A stretch of DNA of 64,000 bases from assembly GCF_009914755.1 (NCBI RefSeq), contig NC_060933.1; one strand, given 5' to 3'. The notes below the pieces were generated by a model. The model was given only the letters and a program-made list of their open reading frames with translations. It had not been told where the DNA came from and searched no databases. Source of the DNA: the human T2T-CHM13v2.0 reference genome, Homo sapiens. This document shows positions 37,350 through 53,099 of the stretch, in pieces. The position numbers and the translations under genes are program-made. Each line of letters begins with the position of its first letter. The first letter of the stretch is position 1.

Positions 37350-39310
37350 TAATTAAACATGACTTATTCATTTCACAATGTAAACATATATCAGAACATC
37401 ACATTGTATCCCACACATATATGCAACTGTTATTTATACATTAAAAATAAGATTTTAAGAAGTCTAAAAACTAAAACACACACACAAAAATTTAGGAAAC
37501 AGCACACACACACACAATGGTAACTATATGAAATGATGGTTATGTTAATTATGTTGACTATGGTAATTATTTTACCATGTGTACATATACCAAATCACTA
37601 TGTACCTTGAGTATATGTAAATTCGTATTTGTCTGTTACACTTCAATAAAGCTGGAAAAAAAATAGCAAACTGAATCCAACACTGTGTGAAAAGAATTAT
37701 ACACCATGACTAAGGGAGATTTATTCTGAGTATACAAGTGATAGGGACAGGATGCAGGGAAATTCTGGGCAGAAGAGGGTGGGGCCCTCATGGGGGACCC
37801 CCATGAGGGCCCCACCCTCAAGCCAAAAAGCCTCTGGACCACGGCCCAAAGTGAAAACTTACATCCCTGTTTTCCCCCTCGAATGTTGCCTTTTCCTAAA
37901 CCACCCATGGCTCCACCTCCCATCCTGTGCCTATAAAAACCCCAGAGCTCAGCCAGCAGAAAGAGGAGATGCAGCTGGACATTGGAGACTACGGCTAGAC
38001 ATCGGAGAGAAGCAGCTTGACTTCAGAGGGACATTAGAGAGAAGCAGCTTGATGGTGTAGCTTTGGAGAAGAGTCGGCTGGGGACAGCCAGACTCCAGGG
38101 GAAGATTACCTTCCTGCTCTGACCCCTTTTCAGCTCCCCTTCCTATTGAGAGCCACTTTCAATGGCAATAAAATCCCCCACATTTACCATCTTCAATTTC
38201 TCTGTGCAACCTCATTCCTCCTGGATGTCAGACAAGAACTCAGGTGCCCTGAGTGTGGGTGCAAAAGGGTGTCACACTGACCCTGCACTGAGCTGTTAAC
38301 ACTTTAGCCCTCCATGAATGGCAAAGCTAAAAGGGCACTGTAACACTTTCTCTGGGGGTTCAGGGGTCACGGGCACCCTCCCCTAGATGCTGCCACAGAG
38401 TCAGTACAGAGTTTACTCTTGCTGGTGCCCAAAAGCACTTGCCCCAGCTCCTACACCTACATCTGCACTCCCCCTCCGGCGAGGGGTGGAGCAGCAAGTG
38501 AATGGAGTTCGCCCCTGCAGGCACTCATGCACTCCAGTTCCTACCCATGAAAGGGTCAGGGAAATATACTGCTTTACAAGTTTGACTCAACATTTGAAAA
38601 TCATTTAATGCAACCCATCATATCAACAGCCTGAAGAAAATGAACCATATGTTCATTAAAAAAAGGAAACAGAAGATCTGAATAGATATCTCACCAAAGA
38701 TGTTATACATGTGGCAAATAAACATTTATAAGTTGCTCAACATCAAATGTCATTAGTTAATTACAAATTAAAACAGTATTGAGAAGCTATACACCTATTA
38801 GAATGGGTATAATAAAAAAAACCTGACAATACCAATTTCTGACAAGGATATGGAGCACCAGAAGCTGTCATTCATTCCTGGTGGGAATGCAAAATGATGC
38901 AACCACTTTGGAACACAGTTTGAGTCTTGCCAAATGATTCAACGATTTCACTCCTAGGTATTTACCTAAATGGGTTGAAAATACATGTCCACACAAAAGC
39001 TGCATATAAATGCTTATTGCAGCTTGATTCATAATTGCCAAAAATTGGAAGGAACCAATCATCATTCAAATTGTGTAAGGGTAAACAAATTTGGTATGTA
39101 CACACTGAAATATTAGTCAGCAATAAAAAAGTTAATCATCAAGCCATGAAAATACATGGCAAAACCTTAAATGCACACTGCTCAGTGAAAGAAGCCAGTC
39201 TGAAAAGATGATATACTGTATGATTTTAATGATAAGGGATTCTGGAAAAGGCCAAATTCTAGAAACATTAAAAAATCAGTCATTGTCAAGTTGTAGGTGC
39301 AGAGGAGGAA
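37350..39310 (+). mobile_element. Composite old L1M fragments interrupted by an LTR
   Basis: L1 3' ends 37350-37660; ORF2 sequence continuous across the LTR; L1MC/MD-type 3' end 38660-39310. Confidence 0.7.
37739..38576 (+). mobile_element. ERV1 solo LTR, LTR1/LTR27/LTR28 group
   Basis: TGATAGGGACAGG start, TATAAAA, AATAAAA, 4-bp TSD CAAG. Confidence 0.8.
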
Positions 39311-40162
39311 AGGTATTGATTTAAAATTGTAATATAAAATTTATACAAATAACTAGTGTGGACTATTGCATCCTACCCTAGTTACCACCACTGTTAACAT
39401 TATTCAGCTGCTCTTTTTCCCTGTCCAGGTCCCATGCCCATATCTACTGTGACAGTCACAGTAGAACCTCTTGAGGTAGGCCAGCTTCAGCATGACCTGT
39501 TTCTCTAGGATGTCTGCATGCAGCTCTGTCTATTACAATGGTGTAATACCTACATGGCAGGCATTTGGCATGAGGAAAGTGTCCCAACTTAAACAAAAGT
39601 GTCTGGCAGGCTTATGTCAGAGCAGAAAATCCCCTTTTCAAATCAGAGAATTTCCCAATTTAAAGTTATTTCATCATAGCCTGTCGAGGCCAGATGACAT
39701 CATAGGTCTCCTCATTCAATCGCTTCATGCTGTGGATGAAGGGACTGAGTCTACAGAAGAGTTGGGTTATCTTCCCTTGCTTTTCATATGATGGAATCTT
39801 TAGTCATGCCTGAGTCCAGTGAGTGACTTTTGGGTTCTGAAAGGCTGAACTTCTACCCACAGGATGCTTGGCCTAATAAACAGAAGATTCAGGAGATTGA
39901 CAACCACATTATGTTTTTTCTTAGCTTCATTCAGCACTGCTTTTTAGTCCATGCTTCAGTTTTCTCAGATCATTCTTAGCCTCAAACACTGGAGGTTAAG
40001 TATCTCCAAAAGGCACTCCTGGTTCAATTCCTAATTCCCCTACAGAATTCACTCCCCATTCAATAAATCTTCACCCAGTGTCCAACTGTGTGCCAGACAC
40101 TATGCTGGGTACTTTGATGGAGCAGTGAAGAAACAGACATGGGGCTATTATATCTGCTATCT

Positions 40163-40587
<425 letters not shown>

Positions 40588-40636
40588 CTAGAGTCAGGCA
40601 GCTTGTGTCCAAGAAAGCAGAGCCGGGGGCATGTAA

Positions 40637-40967
<331 letters not shown>

Positions 40968-42644
40968 GGTATACAATCTGATGTTTTGATACACATATAC
41001 ATTGTGAAATGATACCACTACCAAGCTAATGAACATATGCATCACCTCAAATAGTCACCATTTGTGTGTGTGGTGTGCGTGTGTGTGTGTGTGTGGTGAG
41101 AACATCTGAGAGCTGCTTTCAGCAGATTCCAAGTATATAATACAGTATTAACTATAGTCACCATGCTGTAAATAAAATCTCCAGAAATTATTTATCCTGT
41201 ATAACAGAAACTTTGTACCCTTTAGCCAACATCTCCCCGTTTTTCCCATCTTCTGTCCCCTGGTAACTATCATCCTACTGTCTACATCTGTAGGTTTCAC
41301 TTTTTTTTTTTCCTTTTTAGATTGCATCTATAAGTAAGATCATTCAGTATTTGCGTTTCTGTGCCTGGTTTAGTTCACTCACTATAATGTCCTCCAGATT
41401 CATCCATTGTCACAAATGAGAGGATTTCCTTCTTTTCCAAGACTGAATCATATTCCATGGTACACATATACTACATTTTATTTATCCAGTGACTTGTCGA
41501 CAGACACTCAGGTTGTTTCCATATTTTAACTATTATGAATAATGTTGTATTGAATATGGGAGTGCAGATATCTCTTCGAGATAGTGATTTCTTTTCCATT
41601 GGATATATAACCACTAGTGGTATTGCTTAATGATATGGTAGCTTATTTTTAATTTTTTGAGAAAGCTGTTTTGGAAGAACCAGTCATCACAGAAACCTAC
41701 ACTGTTTTCCATAATGGGGGTACTAAGTTACATTCTCACCAACAGTGTACAAGGGTTCCCATTTCTCCACACCTTCATCAACACTTATCTTTAATCTTTT
41801 TTATAATACCCATTCTAGATTATGAAATTACACCTCGCTGTGGTTTGATTTACATTTTTTTCTGATGACTAGTGATTTTGATATATCAATATATTGATAT
41901 TGATATAATACAAATATATTATAAAATTTTTTCATACATTTGTTGGCCAAATAGATATATCCTTTGGAGAAATGTCTACTTAAGTCCCTTGCCCATTTTT
42001 AAAACTGGGTTATTTGTTTTCTTGAAATTGAGTTGTTTGATTTTAGTATATATGTTGGATACTGACCCCTCACCAAATGTATGGCTCACAATATTTTCTC
42101 CCATTCTATAAATTGTTTCTTCACTTTGTTGATTATTGCCTTTGCTATGAAGAAGTTTTTTGGTTTGATGTAATCCCATTTGTCTATTTTTGCTTTTGTT
42201 GCCTTTGCTTTTGGAGTCGTATCCAAAAATTTATTCCACAGAATAATGTTAAGAAGGTTTACCCCCAGTATTTTTACATTGTTAGGTGTTTAAGTTTTTA
42301 ATCCATTTTGAGTTGATTTTTGCATGTGGTGTGAGACAAGGGTCCAATCTCATTCTTCTGCCTGTAGATATCCAGTTTTTCCTACACCTTTTGCTAAAGA
42401 GACTATGTTTTCCATTCTGGGTTCTTAGCACCTTTGTTAAAGATCAATTTACTGTAATTGTATGGATTTATTTCTGAGCTCTCTGTTCTGTTAAATGGTC
42501 TATACCTCTGATGAATGCCAATACCATCATGTTTGATTGCTATAACTCTGTAATATATTATAAAATTAGGTAATATAATTCATTCAGTTTTGTTCTTCTT
42601 GCTTAAAATTGCTTTATTTGGGATCTTTTGTGGTTCCGTATAGG

Positions 42645-42947
42645 TTTTTGGGTTTTTTTTTGAGATGGAGTTTTGCTCTTGTTGCCCAGGCTGCAGTGCA
42701 ATGGCGCAACCTCTGCTCACCACAACCTCAGCCTCCTAGGTTCAAGCAATTCTCCTGCCTCAGTCTCCTGAGTAGCTGGGATTACAGGCATGCGCCACTA
42801 TGCCCGGCTGATTTTGTATTTTTTTGTTAGTAGAGACAGGGTTTCTTCATGTTGGGCAGGATGGTCTCGAACTCCCGACCTCAGGTGACCCACCTGCCTT
42901 GGCATCCCAAAGTGCTGGGATTACAGGCGTGAGCCACTGCGCCTGGC
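42645..42947 (-). mobile_element. AluSp
   Basis: TTTTGCTCTTGTTGCCCAGG, GCAATGGCG and CTCCCGACCTCAGG diagnostics. Confidence 0.92.
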
Positions 42948-45900
42948 CTCCATATAAGTTTTAACATTGTTATTTCTATTTCTGTGAAAAATGCCATTGG
43001 AAGTTAGATAAATATTTCATTGAATCTGTAGATCATGGTGAGTAGTATGAACATTTTGACAATATTAATTCTTTCAATCCATTATCACAGGGTATTTTCA
43101 TTTATTTGTGTCTTATTTCTTCCATCAATATTTTATAGTTTTCAGTGTATATACCTTTTACCTTATTGATTAAATTTATTTTTTTAATTTTTAAAGTTAT
43201 TTATTAAATTTATTTCTAAGTATGTGTTAGGGATTTTTATATATTCGATCATGTCATCTGCAAAGAGAGACAATTTAACTTCTTTCTTTCCAAACTGGAT
43301 ACCTTTTATTTCTTTTTCTTGTTGACTAGGATACCCATTTGTATGTTGAATAAAAGTGGTAAGAGTGGGCATCCTTGTCTTGTTCCTGATGTTAGAGGAA
43401 AAGTTTTCAACTTGATTATACAGTGTCTTGGTGATGATCTCTTTATGTTTAATCTATTTGAAATTCTTTGAACTCATTGGCCTGGATTTTCATTTACTTC
43501 TCCAGATTTGGGAAATTTTCTGTTATTTTCTTAAAGAAGGCTTTTTCCTCTTTCTCTTTCTCTGTTCCTTCTAGGACTTTCTTAATGCATATTAGGTTTG
43601 CTTGATGGTGGCCCATAAATCCTGTCGGTCTTCTTCACTCTTTTCATTCTTTTTTTCTTTTGTTCCTCTGACTGGTTAATTTCAAATAAGCAGTGTTTGA
43701 GGTCACTGCCTCTTTCTGCTGCTTTATCAAGTTTGCTGTTGAAGATCTCTGAAATTTTTCAGTTCAGTCATTATGTTCTTCAGCTTCAGAATTTCTGTTT
43801 GGTTATTTTTTATGTTTTCTCTCTGTCACACTTTTCATTTTATTCACACATTGTTTTCCTGATTTTGTTTGGTTGGCTGTGTCTTCTTGTGTAGTTCATT
43901 GAGCTTCTTCAAGCCAATTAGTTTGAATTCTTCTTCAGGAAGTTCATAGATCTCCATTTCTTTAGATTGGTTATGGGTATTACATTATTTTTGTGATGTC
44001 ATGTTTCCCTGATTATTTATGTTCCTTGTGGCTTTGCCTTGGTGTATTCATATTTGAAGAAGTAGGCACCTCTTACAGTCTTTACAGACACTTCAGTGGG
44101 AAATCCTTTTACCAGTCAGCTTGTCCGGAGATTCTGGGAAGGCCAACTGGCATGGTCCATGGGTGGGATTATTTTAGGGGGCTGGCCTGGTGCCTGGGTC
44201 AGTGGGCATGTGGGCCTGGCTCTTGAGTCTACAAGGGTTGGCCTGGTGCCTTGGCCTGTGGGGGCAGGCCTATAGCCCCAGTCCACTCAGTGGACTATGA
44301 GCATGGGTCTACATGGGTGGGTCTGGATTCTGGGTCTGTGGGTGTGGACTGGCTCCTGGGTCTGAGGTGACTGGCCTGGTACCAGAGCCCACTAGGGTAG
44401 ACTTGGTCTTCAGGGATAGGCCTGGAGCCTGAGTCCATAAGGCCAATCTGGCACCGGGAAGGGCCTTGAGCCTGAGTTCATAGGGGATATTCTGGTACCG
44501 GGCGGGCCCAGAACCTGAGTTTATGAGGCTGGGTTCAGCATAGAATCTATGGCAGCAGCCTGGCCCTAGGGTCAACTGAGACAGGCCTCATATCTGATTC
44601 CATTGGGAAAAGCCTAGTACCTAAGACCATGAAAACAGGCCTGGAATTGGGTCCATAGGGGTTGGCCTTATGTTGGAGCCTGGAGCTGCAGGGGCCATCC
44701 TGGAGCTTGAAGGTGTGGGTGCCAGCATGGCTCTGGATGGGCCTGTTGCCTGAGGTCATGTGAGCTGGCCTGGGGCCTGGAGGCCACAAGGGCTGGTCTA
44801 GATCTTGGGGCCACAGAGGCTAACCTGGTGCAGGTATTGGCCTGCAGCTTGGGGATGCAAAGGTTGACCTGGTGCTGGGGCGAACCTGGAAGCTGAATTG
44901 GTGTTGGGGTGAGCCTGGAAGCTAAGTCTATGAAAATGAGCCACATATTGAGACCACAGGGATCAGTCTGGCATTAGGCACACTGGTATTAGGGCACACT
45001 GGTACCTGATTCCATGGGAACAGGTCTGGTGCCTGAGACCATGAAGGTGGATCTGTAGCCTGGAACAATGGGACCGGCTTTGTGCCAAGATTCACTGGTA
45101 GGAGTCTGGTGCCAAAATCCATGTGAGAGTCAGGCACTCACTTCACTTTCCTTTCCCCATGCAAAAGGTATCTCTCTCTCTACTGTGATGTGTAAGCTTG
45201 GGGTAGACGTCACACTGGTAATGCAATACTGTCCTCCTTACCTTATTCAATGTGCCTTTTCTTATTTCTGTACTCTGTCCAGGTGCTATAATCTCTGACC
45301 TGGATTCCTTAGCTCTTGCAAAGGTATTTTCATTCATGGATGGTTGTTCAAATTGATTTTTCTGTGAGGAGATGAGTGCTGAAAATGCCTATTTCACCAT
45401 CTTGCTGATGTCACACTGAAAATTCAAATTCTGTCTTATGATGCTGGTTTATGGATGGCTTTATAGAAACCCGTCCTGTAAAGAGAGAGGGAATTAACAC
45501 ATTCCAAGCAGAGGAAATGACAATGGATGGAAGAACTCAGTGGGTTCAGGAAACTGAAATAATGGATATAGATCTCCAATATATAGAATACAGAGTGACA
45601 AAGAGGCCAGGACAGTTAATGGTGGGGATGGAGTGGGTGGGTGATCAGCCATAGGCAACCTTGAATGTCATGGTCTGTAGGTAAAAACAATAAATGGTCT
45701 CATATTTTTAAAATATAAAATGTATAAAATGATTTCAAAAGTCACCAGGTGATAGATGCAATTCTTTAGAAAGGTTATTAAAGCGACTAAATGAGCAAGT
45801 TCCAGATTTTAACTGATTCTAGAGGTTTGGATATAAAATGAGATATTTCATATTTGGCCTGCTTGTACTGAACATTTACTGACAGATGTGCTTTTCTTCT

Positions 45901-46576
45901 GAACTAATTCTACCATGTGTGTGCTAATAAATTTTATGTAAAAACGTGTCCACAGTCAATTACATCTGGTAAACGCTAATTTGAAACAAAAGTCTTCTTT
46001 GAACCCTTAACCTGGTAAACATTTAAAATCTCCAAAAATAATGTAAAAATGCAGCAGTTACTACATTTACATGACCATTTCTAATTCTTTTATTGAAGCA
46101 TCTTGAAAGATTAGATTTTAGGTCACAATATCTGGGTATTTTTGGTTCTAAGAGATAATAGAGACTGTACAACAACAAATGTCACTATAGGGTATTACTT
46201 GTTGTGGTAAACTGTTTCTGTTATTTATTTCCTGTTGAATTAATTTAGAAAATCATATTCTGAAAGAACGCAGTATACACTTTTTATTTTCTGTGGCAGA
46301 GTTGGTAGATTGAATAAAGCGACTTATTTGCATGTTGGTTCCAGCAAATGGGGTTGTCACCTGGCTGTGAGAGCAGCAGGAGCTAGCTCAGGCCTGGCAT
46401 AGAGACAGAGGGCAGGGACTGATCCTCCAGCAGGCAGGAGCCGCTGCTTGCTCTGGCTCACTTTAGTACATTTTAGCAGAGAAATGCCTGCAATCCATAT
46501 GGATTATAGCAGACAGCACGTTAATTAGGCTCTACATTATGGTGATCAATTATTTTTAAAAATATACCTCAGGCCA

Positions 46577-47143
<567 letters not shown>

Positions 47144-48289
47144 CATGTCTCATTCTAATGTTACCCAATTTGTTGGCAAAAGCCTGTTAGACGCTTGGTT
47201 TTCCTGACTTCAAGGCCCATGTACTTCATCCTTCATGCCCTTGAATCTGCCCTTTTGTATTAGGTTTAATTTGTCATTTGAGCTGACTAAGTTTCAGAAA
47301 TCTTAGGCAGATTTTAAGTAAACTGAATAAAAAATAGTCCATTCTCTCAAATTTGGATTTTCTTTCTCTAGTTAAAATGGTAGCATTTTCATAGCAGTTT
47401 AGTAGAGAAAATAATTTCATAAAAAGGGAGTTTTTAAAAAATCACATCTCTTTATGAATATAGTGCCATGCCAAAGGCATGTACCTTTTCTCCTAAACTA
47501 GGGCTTTTTAGGGTTATATAGAAAGAATCTTCACAGTCTAAAGCATTTTGAGTATGTTGTGGGCCAGAATACATTAACTGATAATTTACTATGCATGAAT
47601 CAATTGACTAATGTGTCAATGAAGGACAGATAGCAAGCAAACACCTGCCTACTATAATTTATTACTCAATATAAATGAAACTTATCACATTCTCTTTTTC
47701 TGATTACCAGGAAAAAAAATCCTTTTAGTTCATTTTGGAAGAAAATTGAAACCTACATTAAAAGCATTATAATTTTTGGTAAAATATACCCTTGAGCAAA
47801 TATATGATATGAAAAATGTTAATTGTAAGTTGGCTGTCATTCCTACCTAACATGTAGTTTATCTCAACACAAAGCTGAGCAGCCAAGCACAAAGATAATG
47901 CTAATTTTTATAGCCATTAATAGTTAATGCTAGAAAAGCTGTCATATTTTGTTTTAAAATATTCCCTAGAATGTAGTATTTCATATCTATGACATTTCAT
48001 AGGAATACAAAAATGCATACCTCTCAACATTTATAACAACAACAAAATCCTTCAGGTGTGATATTTTGGCAAAAATAAGGAAGAAAGTTCCAACTTTTGA
48101 ATAAATTAATCTTTAGTACTTTTTCTTATAGTTGAAAAATGAGACAAAAATTCTTGTGTAAGACTAGACAAATATTAAACTGCTTTCACATTTTGTCTTA
48201 ATTACTCACTTGGTTACATTCCTATTGAAGAAAAAGTATATCAGTGAGTCAGTAAGGCACCAAGATGTCAAAGCATTAATACTACAGAA

Positions 48290-49130
48290 TAAAAAAGCCT
48301 AATAAATACAAATGTCCACAGAACTATTTGTACACAAATGTTTATGGCAGCTTTATTTTTAATAGTAAGAAATGAGCCTAGATGTTCATCAACTGTTGAA
48401 TAGATAAATGATTGTAGTATAACCGTCCAATGGAATAGTAATCCAATATTTAAAAGGAATGAACTATTAATGCAAATGAGTTAATTTCAAAATAAATATG
48501 GTGGCCAGGTGTGGTGGCTTATGCCTGTAATCCCATCACTTTGGGAGGCCAAGGCGGGCAGACCACGTGGTCAGGAGATTGAGACCATCCTGGCTTACAC
48601 ATGGTGAAACCCTGTCTTTACTAAAAATACAAAAAATTAGTCGGGCGTGGTGGCAGGCACCTGTAGTCCAGCTACTCAGGAGGCTGAGGCAGGAGAATGG
48701 CATGAACCTGGGAGGCAGAGCTTGCAGTGAGCCGAGATCATGCCACTGCACTCCAGCCTGGGCGACAGAGCGAGACTCCATCTCAAAAAAATAAATAAAA
48801 TAAATAAATACGGTGAGTGAAAAAAGGCAGGCAAAAAGAGTACATACTGTAAAAATTGTATTTCTATGAAATTCTAGAAAATTCAAACCAATCTACAGTG
48901 ACAGAAAAGAAATAAATAGTTGCCTAAGAAGGAGTGGGTACAAAGTGATTACAAAAACAAACATTGCCAAAGGACAAAGGAAACTTGAGAGTGTGGTGGA
49001 TGAGTTGCCCTCCTTGAGAGTGGTGTTGGTTTCATGGATGTATGTATGTGCCTATGCTTGTTAAATTGTATACTTTATACGTGTGCAGTTAATTTTACAT
49101 AAATTTTAACCTCATCAAGCCTGTTAATAA
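48290..49130 (+). mobile_element. L1ME-type 3' fragment interrupted by AluY
   Basis: CAAATGTTTATGGCAGCTTTATT...GAGTACATACTGTA. Confidence 0.75.
48503..48808 (+). mobile_element. AluY
   Basis: TSD AAATAAATA(T/C)GGT. Confidence 0.93.
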
Positions 49131-49699
49131 AAGGTTTTTTTTAGATAAATATTAAGGGGAGAAATTGTTCTACCTGTAACCATGGTTGACCAAGATACAT
49201 TTTCTTGTCACCATTACTAAAATAGTTATAGTGGACATATCTATTTGGATATGTGCTGGCATCTTACTCCCAACATATGTAAATCGTAACTGAAAATAAA
49301 GGACTGATTTTTAAATAATGAGGCTTGTAGTGTGAAGCTAAATGGGCTCTCTAAAACAAAAGGAATGAAACCCCTGATTTGTAGCATTTGCTGATTTCTA
49401 TTGTGTAAATTCTCTCACCATGGCTTTTATTACAAAGGATATATCTAATACCTGGCTGGTAAAATTCTCAGATAGCTTCTCAGGAACACCTTCTATGACC
49501 AGTCAAGGTAAAGCTGAATTTCTTCTACCCATGGGTTACTCTCTTACCTGTGGACCTGCCTTTTCTTCTCAATTGACCTATAACACATTTATGTTTTTGT
49601 TTGAAATAGTCTCCCTATATTGGAATAGAGCCCTTTGGGAGCACTGACTTCAGCTCACGCCTATGTTCCCTTTACCAAGAAGGTCTCAACTCACAAAAG

Positions 49700-50350
49700 T
49701 GTTCAACAATTATTTATTTATTCTCCCAACAAATGTTTTGGACTGGGTGTGGAGTTGGGGGTAAAGAGGTGAGCAAATTAGACATAAATTTGACCTCAAG
49801 GAACATATAGTCTATTCAGGGAGAGCTACTTTAATCAAATGCACAAATATTGGCAAAATTAAAGCTGTGATTAGTGATTTTAAAAAGAAATATGATTCAT
49901 TGGAAGCATAAAATAGCAGAACCTGACTTACTCTAGGGAGTCAGGATTGCTTCTCTGAGGAATGACATTTGAGCTGAGATCTGCAGGATGAAAAAAATTA
50001 ATGTGAGAGTTTTTGTAGTGAGAAGAGCAATTCAGAAAGTAGAACTGGCTTATGTGAAATCGCTGTGGCAGGAGAGCAAGGAGTGTTGGGGGCCTGAGTG
50101 AAGGCTGGTGTGGCACAGTGAGCAGAGTGGGAAGCCCTGTGCATGGTGACTTGGGGGGACACAGAAAGACCGTACAGGATTTTAGAGGCCTAGCTGAGTC
50201 TTTGGACTTTATCTCCTGGGCATTGGAATAACCAGAAGTCCTTGACACCACTGAGATAATGGGAATCCATTAACACCATTTTGACCTGTGGATGACATGA
50301 TCAGGCTTCCATCTCAAAGATAACTGTGGATACATTGGGGATAATAGACA
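49700..50350 (-). mobile_element. L2 fragments
   Basis: GAATGACATTTGAGCTGAGATCTG and TTTGGACTTTATC L2-type motifs. Confidence 0.65.
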
Positions 50351-50360
50351 GGAAGGGGTC

Positions 50361-50745
50361 TGATATGGTTTGGCTCTGTGTTCCCACCCAAATCTCATGT
50401 TGAATTGTAGTCCCCAATATTGGAGGAGGAACCTGGTGGGAGGTTATTGGACTATGGAGGCAGATCTCTCCTTGCTGTTTTCATGATAGTGAGTGAGTTC
50501 TCACGAGATCTGGTTGTGTGAAAGTGGGTAGCACCTCCCCCTTGGCTCTCTCTCTCCCTTCTGCCAGCCATGTGAAGATGTGGTTGCTTCCCTTTGGCCT
50601 TCAGCCATGATTGTAAATTTTCTGAGGCCTCTCCAACTATGCTTTCTGTACAGCCTGTGGAACTGTGAGTCAATTAAACCTCTTTTCTTCATAAATTACC
50701 CAGTCTCAGGTAGTTCTTTATAGCAGTGTGAGAACAGACTAATAC
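50361..50745 (+). mobile_element. MSTA MaLR LTR
   Basis: TGATATGGTTTGGCTCTGTG...GAACAGACTAATAC. Confidence 0.9.
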
Positions 50746-51284
50746 CAGCATCAAGAGTAGCTGGGCGAGATCAGCTGGCCACATGATGGTGTCACTGTGC
50801 CCAGGGAGTTGATGGTGGTTAATACAGATAAATTCTAGAGATAAAATTGACTTGATTAAGAAGACATGAATGTGAGGAAGACAGAAGAGTCAGGAATGTC
50901 TTTTAGGCTTCTCAACTGCAAAGATGGCAGTCATTTTTGACTCTGAAATTAAGAATAATCACCAAGAGGGGGTAGGAGGAGAGATGGTGACTTTGGCTTT
51001 ACATACTGTTCTCATGCTTGCTCTCATGTTATTAGAGTCTACGTTACTGCTCCTGGACAAAATCTTCATCTCCAAATTATAAAAATGTGCTTGGTAAAAT
51101 GCCTGTTAAATTTGAGAGAGACTACAATTTCCTAACAGCATAGTCTAAAACAGTTCTGAAGAATTACTTTAAAATGTTCCTTATAACCTTCATTATACTA
51201 CCAAATAGTAATTTATTCATACTTGTCTTTATGACTGACTGGGAGAATTTAGAACTCAAGATTTAAAAAAAAATAATATTTATC

Positions 51285-51682
51285 ATACAGGCTGAATAAA
51301 GAAAATGTGGTACATATACACCATGGAATACTATGCAGCCAGAACAAAGAGGAGGATCATGTCCTCTTCAGCAACATCGATGGAGTTGGAGGCCATTATC
51401 CTTAGCAAACTAACCCAGAAACCGAAAACCAAATACCGCTTGTTGTCACTTATAAGTGGGAGCTAAATGATGATAACACATGGACACATAGAGGGGAGCA
51501 ACACACACTGGGGCCTCTCAGAGGGTGGAGAGTGGGAGGAGGGAGAGATTCAGGAAAAATAACTAATGGGTACTAGGCTTAATACCTGGCTGATGAAATA
51601 GTCTGTACAACAAACACCCATGACACAAGTTTCCCTATGTGATAAACCTGTACATGTCACACTGAAGTTAAAAGTTAAATAA
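51285..51682 (+). mobile_element. L1PA 3' end (5'-truncated)
   Basis: AAGAAAATGTGGTACATATACACCATGGAATACTATGCAGCC. Confidence 0.9.
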
Positions 51683-51690
51683 AATTATCA

Positions 51691-51993
<303 letters not shown>

Positions 51994-52794
51994 TTAAGTC
52001 ATGGTATGAACAAGTGATATATTGTCTAAAAATACTTCCCTGTAAGATGCTTTAAAATTTTAATTATTAAGTTGCCATCATTTCTATGGGAAAATCTTAT
52101 ATTATTTGACCTAAAGCACAAATACCAGCACTTAAATATGAGTAAGTAAAAGCAGATAAATAATATAATTGCTTTCCATTTACACTCAGGTTAGAGGCAA
52201 CCTCAGTGATTTGAGGAGGTGGTAGTGATTGGGCTTTTCTATAAAATGTTTATTTAAACATTTATAGAAAATAAAATGCTAAATCAAATAGGATTTAAAC
52301 TTAACAATAAACAAAATAACTGAATAATTGTGAAGTTTTTATCTTTTATCTCCATGACTTTTGCTCCATGAAGATAGTCAGATACAAACACTATGCCAGT
52401 ATCAGAAATTAAAATTGTATACTTATTTTACCTTTTGATTTCAATTTTTGAAGGAAAAAAATACGAGGTTACTTCAGAAAAAATGTGTCAAAAAGATGTA
52501 TTTTTTTGTTTTGCACAATTTTTAATTAGGACAGAAGTAGAAGCTGCTCTTAATAACTTTTCACTGACCCGGAGCCACTTGGAAAAGTCCTACAGAGGTG
52601 AAAAAACAAAAAAAACAAAAAAGCAAGAAAACCACACCTCCTCTGAAGTGAGTCTGACATTAAAGACAATTCAAACTCACTCCAACGCAGACATTTAGTG
52701 ACGCAGACATGACACTTTATTGTGTGTGAGACAGGATGGGTAATGGGAACTGGGGTTAGAATCTCTAAGCAACAATTATGAAAAATGAATTACC

Positions 52795-53099
52795 GGCTGG
52801 GTGCAGTGTCTCACGCCTGTAATCCCAGAACTTGGGGAGGCCGAGGTGGGTGAATCACGAGGACAGGAGATCGAGACTATCCTGGCTAACACGGTGAAAC
52901 CCCATCTCTATTAAAAATACAAAAAATTAGCCGGGCATGATGGTGGGCGCCTGTAGTCTCAGCTACTCAAGAGACTGAGGCAGGAGAATGGCATGAACCC
53001 GGGAGGCGGTGCTTGCAGTGAGCCAAGATCGCGCCACTGCACTCCAGCCCGGGCGACAAAGCGAGACTCCGTCTAAAAAAAATAAAAAGGAAAAGAAGA
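52795..53099 (+). mobile_element. AluY
   Basis: TSD AATGAATTACC. Confidence 0.95.

Noticed and set aside
44150-45120. G-rich degenerate tandem repeats with many overlapping ORFs
   Set aside because: Typical repetitive 5' region of old L1M elements
52685-52722. Short direct repeat ACGCAGACAT x2 next to a minus-strand AATAAA
   Set aside because: Expected by chance in AT-rich DNA; no transcript evidence available
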